From Emiliania huxleyi CCMP1516 (taxonomy: Eukaryota), in contig NW_005201403.1 in assembly GCF_000372725.1 (NCBI RefSeq), positions 1 to 64,000 on the forward strand: a stretch of 64,000 nucleotides of DNA, read 5' to 3'. The notes beneath the pieces were generated by a model. That model saw only the letters and a program-made list of their open reading frames with translations, was not told where the DNA came from and did not search any database. Shown here piece after piece: positions 39,712-52,050 of the stretch. The position numbers were made by a program, and so were the translations under genes. The number at the start of each line of letters is the position of its first letter. Position 1 is the stretch's first letter.

Positions 39712-42700
39712 ATGGGCGTACTAGCATCCGACGTGGAGCGCGCCTGCCACACCCTCTGGAGCACGTCCGACGCGGCGCTCCGCCGCGAGGCCGACCGCTG
39801 GCTCACAGAGTGGCAGCAGTCGCAGGCTTCGTGGGAGGCGGCGCTCGCGCTTGCTCAGGCAACGCCGCCGCCGCCACTGCCACCGCACCACCCCACACGC
39901 GTTCACCACCGGGCACCGCCCCCCGCTGCAGGCTGGCACCGCGTCCGAGCTTCGCCTCTTCGGGGCCGCCGTCCTCTACAACAAGTGCCGTCGCGGGGGA
40001 GCGGCGGCGCTCTCGCCGGCAGCCGCGGCAGGCTTGCGGGCAGAGCTGCTGAGGCTGGCGGCGGCCGCAGGCTGCGACGTCCGCCTGCGCGCAAAGCTCT
40101 GCCGTGCCGTGGCCACGCTGGCCTCGGCGCCCAGCGGGCGGCCGGCCACCGAGCACGACACTCCCGCGCTGCTGCACGAGGCGCTCGTCGCCGGGCTGCC
40201 GGCGGCCAGCGCGCTGGAGCTGGTGGGCCTCGTTGCAGAGGAGGCGGCGGAGGGCGAGGTGAGGGAGGCCGAGGTGCAGGCGGTGCAGGCCCTGCTCCTG
40301 CGCTGCCTCGCCCACGCCTTCGAGCCGAGCCGCCCGCCACCCGCCGCTGTCCCCGCCAACGCCGCGCCTGCGCTCGCCTCGCCCGCCGCGCGCTCGGCGG
40401 CGCTGGGCGCGCTCTCGGCGTGGGCGTCCGTGCCGGCGGCGGAGGCGGTAACCGTGGCGATCCTCGCCGAGACGCCCGTGTTTGTCCCCCTCCTGAGGCT
40501 GCTCGCCTCCTCTGGCGGGGCCAGCCCCGGCGGCTCGAGCGGCGGCGCGGCTCACTCGAGCGAGGCGCTCGCTGCGGCGGAGCTGCTCGAGGCGGCGGTC
40601 GAGGCGGAGCCTCGCGACGGGTGCGGAGGGTACATGTACCTGTCGGCGGTCGAGCTGTGCCCCCTGGCGGCGGCGCTGCACGCGGCGCTCCAGCCGACGT
40701 GGCGGCGGGTCGACGCGGCCGCGGCAGCGGCGGGCCGGCAGGAGGCCGAGGCGGACGGCGAGGACGACGAGGATGACGAGGGCGACAGCGAGGGCGCGCT
40801 GGCGCAGATGTCGCTGCTGCGGACTGTGGCCATGCTCCTGCGCGACGGAGCAGCGACCCTCCTCGGCCCCGCCCCCACCGCCGCCGCCGCCGCCGCCGCT
40901 GCGTCCAGCGACGAGGCCCTCGCCTCGCTTCTCGACAGCGTGCGGCGCGGCGGCGCGGCGCTGCAGGGACGCGACGACGGCGTGTCGGCCCTCGCCGGCG
41001 TCTGGCACATCGGCCGCGCGTTGCTCTCGCGCCTCGTCGCGTGCCTCTCGCACGGTGGCCGTGCCGCAACCGAGGCTCTCCTCGCCACCGAGCCCTTCGG
41101 CCCCCCTCTCGCCGCCGCCGCCGCCGCGTGGCCCGCCGAAGCGGCGTCGCTGCGGCACGCTCTCGCCGCAGCCGCTTGTGCGCGCGCCACGTTGCCCCCC
41201 GCGAGGAGCGAGGACGGCGTCCTGCTGGTCCGCGGCGTGGGCCCGACGACGCAGCTCCGCGCCTTGCTCGCGCCCGCCCTCTGCGCCGCCGCGGAGCTCG
41301 ACTCCGCCACGGTGCCTGCGCAAGCCCTCGTGGCGCTTCGCGGCGCGGCGGACGCCGTCGCTGGCGGCGATCATCGGGCCAGAAGCTCGTGGCGGGCGGC
41401 CGAAGTGGCGTTGTGGGCCGCCGCAGTGACGGCGCACTTGGTGCCACCGCCCATGCCTCCGATCGTCGGCGCAGAGCGGAGCGCAGAGCCAACCTCCGCC
41501 GAGGCGGCCGTGGCGGAGCTGCTCGAGGCTGCCCTCGGCGCGCCGTTCGAGGCTCTGCTCGCGTGCACTCGCGACACGACCTCCTCGCGCGCCGCACCGC
41601 CGGGCGCAGGCGCGTGGGCGGGCGCCGTTGGAGCGGAGGCGCTCCTCCTCGCGGCGCGCTGCCGGCTGCTCGGCGAGCACAGCGGATGGCTCAACTCGAG
41701 GCCCGGTGCCGTTCGCCCTGTCGTCGCCGCTCTGGCACACGCCACGCGCCACGCGTCGGACTTTGCTGTCGAGGCTGCCGCAGAGGCGTTGCACGCAGTT
41801 GCAATCGGGGCCGCCGCCACCATCGCCGCGGACGGCCATGCGCTCGAGGGCATCCTCGCAGCGGCGCAGCGGCCCGCGATGTGCGACGGCGCCGCGGCTG
41901 GCGCGAGCGGGATGACGCCCGAGTTGAGGCTGCGGCTGCTGCAAGCTGCCGCGCTCGTCGTCGCCGCGGCGCCGCCGCCGCAGCCACTCGTCGCGCTGCT
42001 GTCGCCGGTGGCGAATCAGCTGTCGCTGCTCGTCAACGCACTCGAGAGGGGAGCTGCAGACCGCTGGACGCTCGTCGAGACGTGTGCGGTTCTCGCTGCT
42101 GCGCTGCGGCCGCTCGGGCCCCATCAGCTGGCGGGTCAGTTCAGCGAGCTGGGAGGCATCGGCGAGGCCTTTCTGCAGCAGTTGTGGCCGCTCTGGGGCC
42201 GCGCGTTCCGGCTCGCGTGGCGGTCGGCACTTTCCACAGTCGATGCCGAAGGCGACGGAGAGCCCGATCCGGCCGTCGACGCGACATGCTCGCTCGCGAC
42301 CGCGTGCGTGTGGAGCGCCGAGCGTGGGTCCTTCCGACCGCTGGTGGAGGCGACCACCGCGGCCGTCGTCGAGGCGATGCGTGCCGCCGCCGCTGCCGAA
42401 ATCGACGCTCGGACTTCTTGCGCGGTGTTGCTGCCATGCACGTCGCTCGTCGCTTCCACCCTCGCGGCAGCCGCTTCAGACGACCCGGCGGCAGCTGTCG
42501 TCTTCGCGGGAGTGATTGATGAGGCGGTGGCCACGTCGCACCGTTTGCTCTGTGAAGTAGAGCGCGCGCCGCTTTGCGAGGCCGTCATGTCCCTCGCGGC
42601 GCGTGCAGTCCACCTACAGCCTCTCGCGGTGCCGCACGCTCGCTCCTTGGGCGAGCTCCTCGCTGTTGCCTGCCACTTGCTCTCGTCGGCCGAGCCGGGG

Positions 42701-43117
42701 GAGGCCACGGCCGTCGCGTCCGTCGCGCTGGTGCTCTCCATGGCACGCGGATGCAGCGGTGCGGACGAGGCCGCGGCCGCAAGGACTTTGAGCGCCCTCC
42801 TATGCGGGGACGCGGCGCGCCTCATGCACGCGCTGCTCCTGGCCGCAGCTCGGGGCGCGCCGCGGCACGCTTTGCCCAGGATCGGCGAGGCTTTCGCTCT
42901 CTGCCTCGAGCTGCCGGGGTGGGCACAGGCCGACGCGATCGCCACTTGGGCCGCAAGCACGAATGCTGCCCACGCGCTCCCGGCTCGCGATGCTCTAGTC
43001 GCCGTTCTGTGCACAAATGGCGCGCCAAGCATGGCAAGGCGAGGGCTCGTGGTCGAGGCCGTGGTGGATTACGGCCATGCTTGCCGCAGAGATCTGTTCC
43101 CGTATGGCCAGTACTAG
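39712..43117 (+). CDS. Importin-beta family HEAT-repeat protein (importin-13/transportin-SR-like)
   Basis: N-terminal IBN_N-like READRWLTEWQQSQASWE ... RLFGAAVLYNK across GC-AG intron 39859-39931; about 1100 aa, helical. Confidence 0.75.
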
Positions 43118-44066
43118 CACTTGCACACACCAACGTGCACGTGAACCTAATAAAGCAAAAGGCACGGACGGATTCCCACATTATGCTCGTCAGATTTTTT
43201 TCCAGCGCTAATTCTAGTTTCTATACGCTAATTTGTAACATTTTAGTGGTGAGATGTTTCTTCGTCCGCCGGACGACCACTCACTTCGTGTGACGAGTGA
43301 GAGAGCGTCCGTGTCTTCGCGCACGTTTTCTCGGCAAGCAGCAATCCAGTAGACAGGAGATCGTCGATTCGTTCAGTTGCAGGTGCTCCAGCCTGCTTCC
43401 ACCCAGTCGGCGCACCGGGACGCGCTCGATGAGCGCTGAATGACTGAAAATGACTGCTGCGGTGCCGACGTGACGATGGGAGCCCCGATGGAGAAGGTTA
43501 CTTTTTACATTATTTTACCCCACGCGCGCGCCCGGCGGCGGCGCTCAACGTTAATATGTGCACGTGGGGGGTCGTGGGGGGTGCGCCCGCACGCCGCTGA
43601 CCTGTGTGATGTGCGTGTGTCTGCCCGTGAGCTGCTTCATGACATCCCTCGAACGCGCGCTCATGAGCTTGTTTGTGTCTCTCCTACGTCCTAGCCAAGC
43701 TGCTGATCTTCTACACGGATTGCGGGCTCGTCGACCGCGCCTCGGCGTGACCCGCTATTTCATAACTCGCCGACTCGAGGCGTCCGTCCGTCGCCTCTCG
43801 ACGAGATAGGTGACCCGCCGGACGGACGCCCGGTCATGCCGCGCCTGCTTCCAGCCTAGTGCACATGCCCTGCAGCTGGACCCTGGTCGGCACGTCGGTC
43901 TGCATCATCGCGCCCTTGAGCATCTGCACCGCGTCGGCCTTATTAGAGTGGCGTGAGTATGCGGGCGTCTTCGGGAGCTTGCGCTATGTACAGTCGGATC
44001 GCGCTGGTTGGTAGGAAAATGTGAACGTGCTGGGGGGGGGGGGGGGTGAGTTTCGGTACCCTAGAC

Positions 44067-44515
44067 ATGCGCAACGGCTTGATGGACGTGCTGGTCCGCA
44101 GCTTCCTCGCAACCCAGAGAGACACACGGACTGCTCTTCACGTGTGGACGAGGCGAAATTGAGCTCTCGAAACGTAACGCCTCCGGTCGGCTAAAGCGTC
44201 GCGATGAGCGATACGGCGACTTCATGGCCAGCGTGAAGAGATCGCCCGGTGCTGCTGACAAAAAAAGTAATATATCTTTACTTCCAACACCCGGACGTTC
44301 CCAGGGTGATGGAAGGTTCGACGCACCCCCGGACTGGGCAGAGAAATCCCAGGAATCCCGGTGCTGCTGACATAGCGCGCATGCACATTCTGCGCGCCGA
44401 GGGTGGCATCTACGTCGACGCAAATTCCATGTTTCTCGACGATCTAGGACCCGACTGTGCCACAGCACCCTTGCTTACCGCTGGTCGTCGCAGAGCTACA
44501 GCAATACCGCGGTGA
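44067..44515 (+). pseudogene. Frameshifted GT32-type (DxD) glycosyltransferase fragment
   Basis: VRSFLATQ...LHVWT in one frame and ADIARMHILRAEGGIYVDAN in another, with early stops. Confidence 0.55.
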
Positions 44516-44540
44516 TAAAACGGGACACTGGGTGAAGTCA

Positions 44541-45602
44541 TCAGGTTGGCGCGCCGGGGTCGGAGCGCCCAGGACGCAGGAGTGTGTCAAACCAAGCGTA
44601 TATCCCTGCGCGCTCGAAGATTTTCCGCGGCGTGAAGCGCCGGCGGAACATCGCGCGCCGCCTCGCGGCCAGAGCGTGACGAGACACGTTGCTCAGGTCG
44701 GCGAGCCGGGTAAAGGCGGGCACCACGTCAGCTTCATCGACGAAATCGACGAGCCCGTGGAATTCGGACTCGTCCTCGGGGTGGCAGCGGACGGAGATGA
44801 TGAGCGCGCCCGCGTCGAGCAGCTTGGCGGCGCGAAACGTGACCGGGGCCGCACCGTACTCGGGCGCGTGCTTGTGCATGTTGAGAAAGATGGAGCTGGG
44901 CGGCACGCTCTCGCGACTCTTATCGGGCCCAGCCCACCCGTCGGTGATCAGCCGCGCAAACTGCGTGTCGTCGAAGGCGTAGTAGACGAGCTGCGCACGC
45001 TCACCGAGGGCACGCGTGATGTTGCTCCACAGCGCGCGTCGCGACGGGTACCATTTGGTCTGCCCAAAGAAAGTCAGCCGGGGCCGCTCGGCCGTGTGGA
45101 CGGCCTGTGGCCGCGCAGCTTCGTCGGGTAACGCGCCGAGAGGCACGTAGCGAAACGTGCGGCGCGTGCGCTTGCCAACCGCGGCGCGGAGGTTGCGCAG
45201 GTTGCCTGGCGAATAGTCCCAGACATCGTGCGAGCCCTGGGCCACGCCGGCGACCCAGCACTTGTCCATGTTGCGGCGCGCCAGCTTGCACGCAGTGGCC
45301 GCTTCCAAGGGCTCGGTCTGGTATTGCACGATGCGCACGTTCGGAGCACGGAGCTGCTGCACCAGCCTGCGGTTCTCATCGTAGCTACGCAGGAACCCGT
45401 AGTAGATGATGACGTGTTGCGAGAAGCGTCGCGCAGCGCGGAGCGCGTCATGGACGCGCTGGTGGCTCGCATTTGCGGAGGTGCCCACCTGCCACAGCAC
45501 CGTCACCTCGACCTTGGCGCGCGTATACGCCCGTATGCCGCTCCAGCGTGAGCATCGGCTGCTGGTGGATGTATCGCCCTGCGTGGGCCTTGCCGCCGCC
45601 AA
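44541..45602 (-). CDS. Putative glycosyltransferase-like protein (GT-B/CgeB-like C-terminus), start uncertain
   Basis: YQTEPL, VWDYSPGN, YVPLG, LTFFG....RR, IFLNMH and R...LL.AGALIIS motifs. Confidence 0.6.
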   Translation of the reverse strand: MAAARPTQGDTSTSSRCSRWSGIRAYTRAKVEVTVLWQVGTSANASHQRVHDALRAARRFSQHVIIYYGFLRSYDENRRLVQQLRAPNVRIVQYQTEPLEAATACKLARRNMDKCWVAGVAQGSHDVWDYSPGNLRNLRAAVGKRTRRTFRYVPLGALPDEAARPQAVHTAERPRLTFFGQTKWYPSRRALWSNITRALGERAQLVYYAFDDTQFARLITDGWAGPDKSRESVPPSSIFLNMHKHAPEYGAAPVTFRAAKLLDAGALIISVRCHPEDESEFHGLVDFVDEADVVPAFTRLADLSNVSRHALAARRRAMFRRRFTPRKIFERAGIYAWFDTLLRPGRSDPGAPT

Positions 45603-46284
45603 GCAGGCTGGCCAGCACCACGTGCAGGCTACGATCTTGTGTCTTGTCGTCCATGTGACTCACGTCAGGCGGAGCTGCCGAGGCAGCAGGCGCGGGCGCC
45701 GTCGAGAGCAGGGCCACCTCGCACAGCACTCACGCCCTAAACAAGAACGGCGCGAAACGTGCGTCCCACTTGGTAAAATTTCGCTCCCGCTGATTGAGAG
45801 AGTCGGGTTGCCCAAAATGAACTGTATCGTCGTCGTCGTCTCTAGCCAGTCACTCCAAACTCTCAGAGGTGGGCTAAAGAGGATCCGGAGCGCGGAAGAA
45901 CTCTGGGGCTCTCTCCGAAGGGAGCGTAGCGTACGCGGAGGGAGCTCAGAGTTACTTCTTATCTCTCCAGTTCCTTACGCGATATGGCTTCGCGCTAGCT
46001 TGCTGTATCAGCTTGTAATCTGTGCGACCACTGTCTATACTCAACACGTGAAAAAGCTGGGGGAACAACAGCGACCAGGATGACACTCCACATCGCATCA
46101 TCTTCACCGGCGAAGGGGCCAGGCTTACGTGTCCACAGAGTGACCCAAAGACCCGCACAATGACATGTGTGACCTCACAGGCAGCGCGGGCATCTGACGC
46201 AAGTCTAACGAGGGCGGCAAGGAGCCTCGGCCAGTGGTGCAGGGGTGCAAAGTGTGTTGCTGGCGAGAGTCGTCCGACTAAGTC

Positions 46285-47868
46285 TTACGCGACGAGGCTG
46301 CTGTCGGTCGTCGGAGGATGGCTAGCGGGCACCTCTCCAGCAGCCTTCGCCTTGCTCTCGCTCAGCAGCGCCCCCACGCCATCGATGAAGTCTTGTCCGC
46401 GGGCGGCCAACGGCTCGCTATCCACCGGCTCGAATACGTCGAAGTCGATCCTCTCTTCGTCCGAAGAGCTGCCATCGTCCGCAGACTCGTCCTCCATCGC
46501 CGCCTTGACCGTCGCTATCGCCTCCCTCACTGCGGCAGCCTTGTCCTCTGCCGCCTGCGCCTTTGCCTCCGCCAGCGCAGCCGCCACCTCTTCTGCGACG
46601 GAGGCGCTCCGGCGCTCCTCAGCCTCCGCTTGCGCCGCCTCAAGCCGCACATTTATCTCCGCCCTGGCGGCGGCCGTTAGCTCGGACACCGCTGCCTGCA
46701 CCGCCGCGGCCTTGTCGTCCTCCGCCTTTGCCCGCTCGGCCTCCGCTGCCTCGCGCTTCGCCTCCTCGATCGCGGCTGCCGCCTTCCTCCGCTCCTCCTC
46801 CGCAGCCGCAGCGGCCGCCGCCTCGGCCGCGGCTCTCGCAGCCGCCTCGGATTTTCTCTCCGATTTCCTCTGCTCTGCGGATAGCCTCTCGGCTATGGCT
46901 GCCTCCATCTTCCGCCGCTCCTCCTCGCGCGCGGCGGCGACGAGCTGCTCGCTCGAGCTGGTGCGGTCCTCGCCCCGCAGACTCAACCTCTTCCCCTGCT
47001 CTATCGCATCGTTCACCGCCCTGGCCTTCTCCTGCTTGGCCTCGGCGAGCGCCGCCCACACCGCCTTGGCCTGCTCCTGCTTGGCCTTCTCGCGCTCGTC
47101 GGCGATCGCTTTTGCCTGCAAGGCCAGAGCCTCGCGGCGCGCCTCCGTCAGAATCGCTGTCTTTTCCTCCTCAAGCGACTTGTTTGTGCTCGCCCTGGTC
47201 GCCGCAGAGACCGCGAGCGACACCGCCCGGGCCTGCCTCGCCTCGGCCTCGGCGAGTGCCTCCATGACGGAGGTTGTCGATTTGGCCTCCGCCGCCCGCG
47301 CCTCCGCTCGCAGCCGCTCCTTCTCCGCCTCGGCATCCGCGATTGCCTGTTTGACCGCCGCATCCTTGGACGACCTGGCCTCTGTCAGGTCCTTGTGCAG
47401 CGACCGCTGCTGGGCCTCGGCCTCGACACGGGCGCTCTTGATGGCTTCGGAGACGGATTTGGCCTGCTGCGCCTTGCTGCCGGCGAGCGCATCCGAGATC
47501 GCCCGGCGCTTCTCGCCCTCGGCCTGCTCAAGCGCTGCTGCGACTGCCTGCTCCGTCTGGCGCGAGGAGGCCTCCTCCCATTTCCGCCTCGCCTGCTCCA
47601 GCCGCCCGTCGCTGTTGCAGGTCACGATGCTGAGCCAGATCTTCTGCAGCCCGCTGTCGCGCCAAAACCTCTCCACCCGCATCAGCGGCGAGGGCCTTTC
47701 CGCAAGCAAGCGGTCGGCCTGAGAAAGCCGCCAATCCCCGGCGGGGGGCACGCTGGCCGACTCCTCGAGGCGCTCCTTGGCCTTGGCGACGATCTCCTTT
47801 GCTCGCGCCATGAAGTTCTCCTTGAAGTCCGTCATCTGGATCATGGCGCTCGCCTTGAGGTCCGTCAT
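46285..47868 (-). CDS. Ala/Glu/Lys-rich coiled-coil protein
   Basis: Over 500 codons open with repeated KAAAV.EA units. Confidence 0.75.
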   Translation of the reverse strand: MTDLKASAMIQMTDFKENFMARAKEIVAKAKERLEESASVPPAGDWRLSQADRLLAERPSPLMRVERFWRDSGLQKIWLSIVTCNSDGRLEQARRKWEEASSRQTEQAVAAALEQAEGEKRRAISDALAGSKAQQAKSVSEAIKSARVEAEAQQRSLHKDLTEARSSKDAAVKQAIADAEAEKERLRAEARAAEAKSTTSVMEALAEAEARQARAVSLAVSAATRASTNKSLEEEKTAILTEARREALALQAKAIADEREKAKQEQAKAVWAALAEAKQEKARAVNDAIEQGKRLSLRGEDRTSSSEQLVAAAREEERRKMEAAIAERLSAEQRKSERKSEAAARAAAEAAAAAAAEEERRKAAAAIEEAKREAAEAERAKAEDDKAAAVQAAVSELTAAARAEINVRLEAAQAEAEERRSASVAEEVAAALAEAKAQAAEDKAAAVREAIATVKAAMEDESADDGSSSDEERIDFDVFEPVDSEPLAARGQDFIDGVGALLSESKAKAAGEVPASHPPTTDSSLVA

Positions 47869-48378
47869 GGCTTGCGGGGCGGCGCCGCGCGAAGACACGA
47901 AGGCCCGAAGGGAGAGGAGAGGACGGACGAGTCGCACTAATCAGCGAGAGATGTGACTACGATCTGACGGCGGACGGACGTGCGAAGCCGCTGCCTTTTT
48001 ATTCCGAGCAAGAGGAGGACAGACAACGAGAGAACAGCTGTTTGGGGGGTAGGGTAGGGGTAGGGTCCCGGGTTTGGGGTAGGATTCCTAGGGGGTAGGG
48101 GGTAGGGGGGTTGGCCACCACTGGGGACGTCCGTTACATGCTCATTTGAGGAGGTAGGGGGGTAGGGGGTCGGGGGGCATGGCCTCCCTACCCCCTAAAC
48201 AACAAAACCACTTCGCTTGTTGTAAGTGCCAGGCGCAGCGGCGGCGGCGCGGCGGCGGCGCGTAGATCGCGACCGACGCGCCGCGCGGCACGTCGCGAGC
48301 ACACGAGCGCCGCGGGTGCCGTGCCACTAACCGGTTGTGCCGGAGGAGGGCGGTGGAATTATTGCCGTCAGCGCTCCG

Positions 48379-50198
48379 ATGTGCAGAGAGCCCCCTCCGC
48401 AGGGCCCGCTCATCGCCCAGTCCCGCCGCGGCTTGCGCGGGGCCTGTGCACAGCGGCTGCGCGATGTGGGCGACCTGCGCCCGGTCCTCCTCGTCGTGGT
48501 CGGCATTGCTGCTGCGCATGTGACGGCGACGCAGCTGACGACCGAGTGCCTCCGGCATTCGGAGCGCCTCACCACGCCCCTGCTCCTTTGGGCGTCCACG
48601 TGCTCCAACCTCCTTCTCGGCGCGCCGCTCCTCGCCTGGCGCGCTCGCGCGAGGGGCGGCGCCAAGCCGCTCCTCGGCGCGTGGGATGCGCGGCCTCGCC
48701 AGCTCGCCCTCGCCGTCGCGCCCTTCTTTGTGCTCTATCTGGGTGCAAACGGCCTCTACATTGCCGCGCTGGCCTCGCTCTCGCCGCCGCTCGTCGTCTC
48801 AATCTTCTCGACCACGCCCGCCCTCGTGGCGCTCCTGTCCGTCCCACTGCTCGGCCGCCCGCTGCGCGCGCTCGCCGTCGCCGCCGTCGCCTGCTCGACG
48901 GTTGGCGTGGTCCTCGTCGCGCAGCCGTGGGCAGCGGGCGGGCGGGCATCTTCGCTGAATAGCACCTCCGCTGAAGCAGCATCAGGGGAGGGCGGCGCGG
49001 CGGGGCTGGGCGCGGCGAGCGTGGCCGCGGCGAGCGTGGCTGGCGCGGCGGGCTGCGCGGCGCTGTACAAGGTCCTCTTCCGCAGGCTGTTTGGCGACGT
49101 CCCTCCTCCGGCGCTGCTCTTCTTCCTCGTGACGCTCGGAGGGTGCGGGCCTCTGGTAGCAGAGCACTTGTCTTAGCTCTGTAGTGAGCTCCTCGTCCTC
49201 GTGCCGCTCGGAGGGTGCGGGCCTCTGGTAGCAGAGCACTTGTCTTAGCTCTGTAGTGAGCTCCTCGTCCTCGTGCCGCTCGGAGGGTGCGGGCCTCTGG
49301 TAGCAGAGCACTTGTCTTAGCTCTGTAGTGAGCTCCTCGTCCTCGTGCCGCTCGGAGGGTGCGGGCCTCTGGTAGCAGAGCACTTGTCTTAGCTCTGTAG
49401 TGAGCTCCTCGTCCTCGTGCCGCTCGGAGGGTGCGGGCCTCTGGTAGCAGAGCACTTGTCTTAGCTCTGTAGTGAGCTCCTCGTCCTCGTGCCGCTCGGA
49501 GGGTGCGGGCCTCTGGTAGCAGAGCACTTGTCTTAGCTCTGTAGTGAGCTCCTCGTCCTCGTGCCGCTCGGAGGGTGCGGGCCTCTGGTAGCAGAGCACT
49601 TGTCTTAGCTCTGTAGTGAGCTCCTCGTCCTCGTGCCGCTCGGAGGGTGCGGGCCTCTGGTAGCAGAGCACTTGTCTTAGCTCTGTAGTGAGCTCCTCGT
49701 CCTCGTGCCGCTCGGAGGGTGCGGCGCCGCGTGTGCTCTGCTAGGCCCTGCCGGAGGCTCCTCTGAGCCTTCGAGGAGCCTCCCCGCAGGTATGGCCTCG
49801 TGTGCGGCACGGCCCTCCTCTCCGCCCTCCAGCCGAGCTGGCCCTCCGACCTCGCGTCGGCCGGAGGGGGAGGCGCCCTGCTCCTCGCCGGCCGGGCCGC
49901 CGCCGACGTCGCCTTCAACCTCCTCATCGCCCTCGGCCTCTCGCTCACCCACCCCCTCTTCATCTCGATCGGGACCCTCCTCTCGACGCCCCTCGCCCTC
50001 GTGCTCGCGTCGCTGCTGCACGCGCCTCCGCCGTCGCCCGCCGCGGCGGTCGGCATCGCTGGCATCGCGATCGGCTTCTGCCTGCTCCTCGCCGACGAGG
50101 TCCGCAGCCCGCCACCCGCCGCCGAGGACGGGGAGGCGGCGAGCTGCGGAGGAAGCGGGGGTGAGGCGGGGGAGCAACGCGCGAGAACGAGGAGCTGA
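48379..50198 (+). CDS. Drug/metabolite transporter (EamA/SLC35F-like), interrupted by a repeat-filled intron
   Basis: Multiple TM helices, with ANGLYIAAL, AALYKVLFRR and FNLLIALGLSLTHPLFISIGTLLSTP. Confidence 0.82.
49135..49722. repeat. Intronic 72-bp tandem repeat, 8 copies
   Basis: CTCGGAGGGTGCGG recurs every 72 bp from 49135 to 49711. Confidence 0.95.
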
Positions 50199-50514
50199 TG
50201 AAGATCGTGTCCTATTGCGTTTGTTTTCTTTCTCCGTATTCTTTCGGCACACCGCTTTCTTTTTCGTGTTAGTGCCAGTGCGCGCCAGTCCCGTGCCCAA
50301 AAGAAAGAAAGTTTTGAAAACAGTAACAGACACAACCCCAAGGCGCCAGGCCCAGGGAGGCAGGAGGGAGATGGGAGGACGGCATGCCGCCACCACACAG
50401 GGATTTTAAGGAGAGGAGTGTGGTGCTAGCCGTCGCCCACCCTAACCCTTGGGCGTCTGCCTCTTTCTATCTCTTGCTGGCGTCGCGGAATTCTTTTTCT
50501 CCAACCGGGCAAGA

Positions 50515-51656
50515 ATGCTGGTCCGGCAACGCCCTCGCACGTTCGGCCCTCGATGCGGTCGCTTCACACGCGTGTCGTCCACACGTTTTCGTGCCCGCTC
50601 GCTCGCGAGCTCCGCCGCGGCCCAGCCTCTCGCCAAGTCGGCCCTCATCGTGAGCAAGGCCGACGGCATGGCCTCGGTGTCGCTGAACCACCGTCCCGTC
50701 AACGCCCTGACCCAAGGCGTGTGCGAGGAGCTGCGGCAGTGCCTCGGCGAGCTGGAGGCCGACCCGCAGGTGCGAGGCCTCCTCCTCGGGTCGGCGCTCC
50801 CCGGCCTCTTCTCGGCCGGCCTCGACCTGCACGCGTTCCACAAGCCCGACCCCGACGCCCTCGCCGACTACTGGACGGCGGTGCAGGAGCTGTGGCTGGC
50901 GCTCTGGACGAGCGACCTCGCCACCGTCGCCGCCATCTCGGGCCACTGTCCCGCGGGAGGCTGCATGGTCGCGCTGGCCTGCGACGCCCGCGTCATGGTC
51001 GAGGGCTCCTACGGCATCGGCCTCAACGAGGCGCGGCGGCGCCGCCCGCCGCTCGCCGAGGCGCCGCACAGAGCGCCCGCCCCGCCCGCGCCTCAGGCGC
51101 AGCTCGGGATAGCCCCGCCGCCCTGGCTCTCGTCGATGCTGCTGGGCAGGGTGGGCGCCTCGCGCGGGGAGAGGCTGCTGGTGCTCGGCGAGCTGCTGCG
51201 CCCGGCGGAGGCGGCGGAGCTCGGGCTCGTGGACGAGGTGCGCGCCTCCATCCTCTCTTCGGAGGGGCAGGGAGACCCACCCAGGCCGCCGCCCAACCAG
51301 GCTCGTGCCTCCCCTCTGCAGGTGGCTCCCCTCTCCGGCCTCTCCAACGCGGCGACACGCAAGCTGGCAGAGCTGCTCGCCCTCCCAGAGAGCGGGCGAC
51401 GCGCCCCGACGCGCAGCCGCGCCCTCGCACCGCCCTCACTCACGCACGCCCCGCCGCACGCCCCACCCGGCGCAGGCGCGTCGCGCTCAAGCGGCAGCTG
51501 CGCACGCCCGCCGCCACCGCGCTCCGCGAGGCGCAGTCGGAGGACCTCGACGAGTTCATCCACAACGTCAGCCAGCCGGACACGCAGGCGGCGCTCGGGG
51601 CGTACCTCGCGTCGCTCCGCGCCGCCAAGGAGCGAGCTAAGGACGGAGGTGCGTGA
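50515..51656 (+). CDS. ECI1: Enoyl-CoA delta isomerase (crotonase fold), mitochondrial-type
   Basis: PVNAL, FSAGLDL, AAISGHCPAGGCMVALACDARVM and IGLNE; Arg/Ser-rich presequence. Confidence 0.88.
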
Positions 51657-52050
51657 CAGAGAGGGGGATTTCTATACGTGGAGTGTTTTGTGTGAGCGAG
51701 AGTGATGACAGTGAGTGCGAGTCGGAGTAGGCCCCCAAAAGCCTAAATTGTAAATAGAAGTTAGAACGCGGTCTTGCCACCAGAAAACAACCCGTCAACT
51801 GTACACGCTACTTTCTCGCGTCTCGGCACTCGGGAGAGGAGAGAGTTGTTTGTCGTCTCCGTCTGCCGGCACTATCCTACGGTCCACGGTGAACCACGCT
51901 TGGCCTGTGCGCAGTCGTGCGAAACTAGGGCATGGAGTGATTCGGAAGTTAATTCTTTTCGCCGCCTCGGCGTCGGCCGGCGCTCTATAATCGGCCCGTT
52001 GCTCCTCTGCGAGCTGCTATCGACGGCCATCAGCCCACACGTGAACATTC

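Noticed and set aside
50190..50230. CTGATGA as a hammerhead ribozyme core
   Set aside because: No stem II or GAAA partner follows, and it coincides with the transporter stop codon
48569..50398. 609-aa repeat protein on the minus strand
   Set aside because: It arises from the 72-bp intronic tandem repeat being a multiple of three
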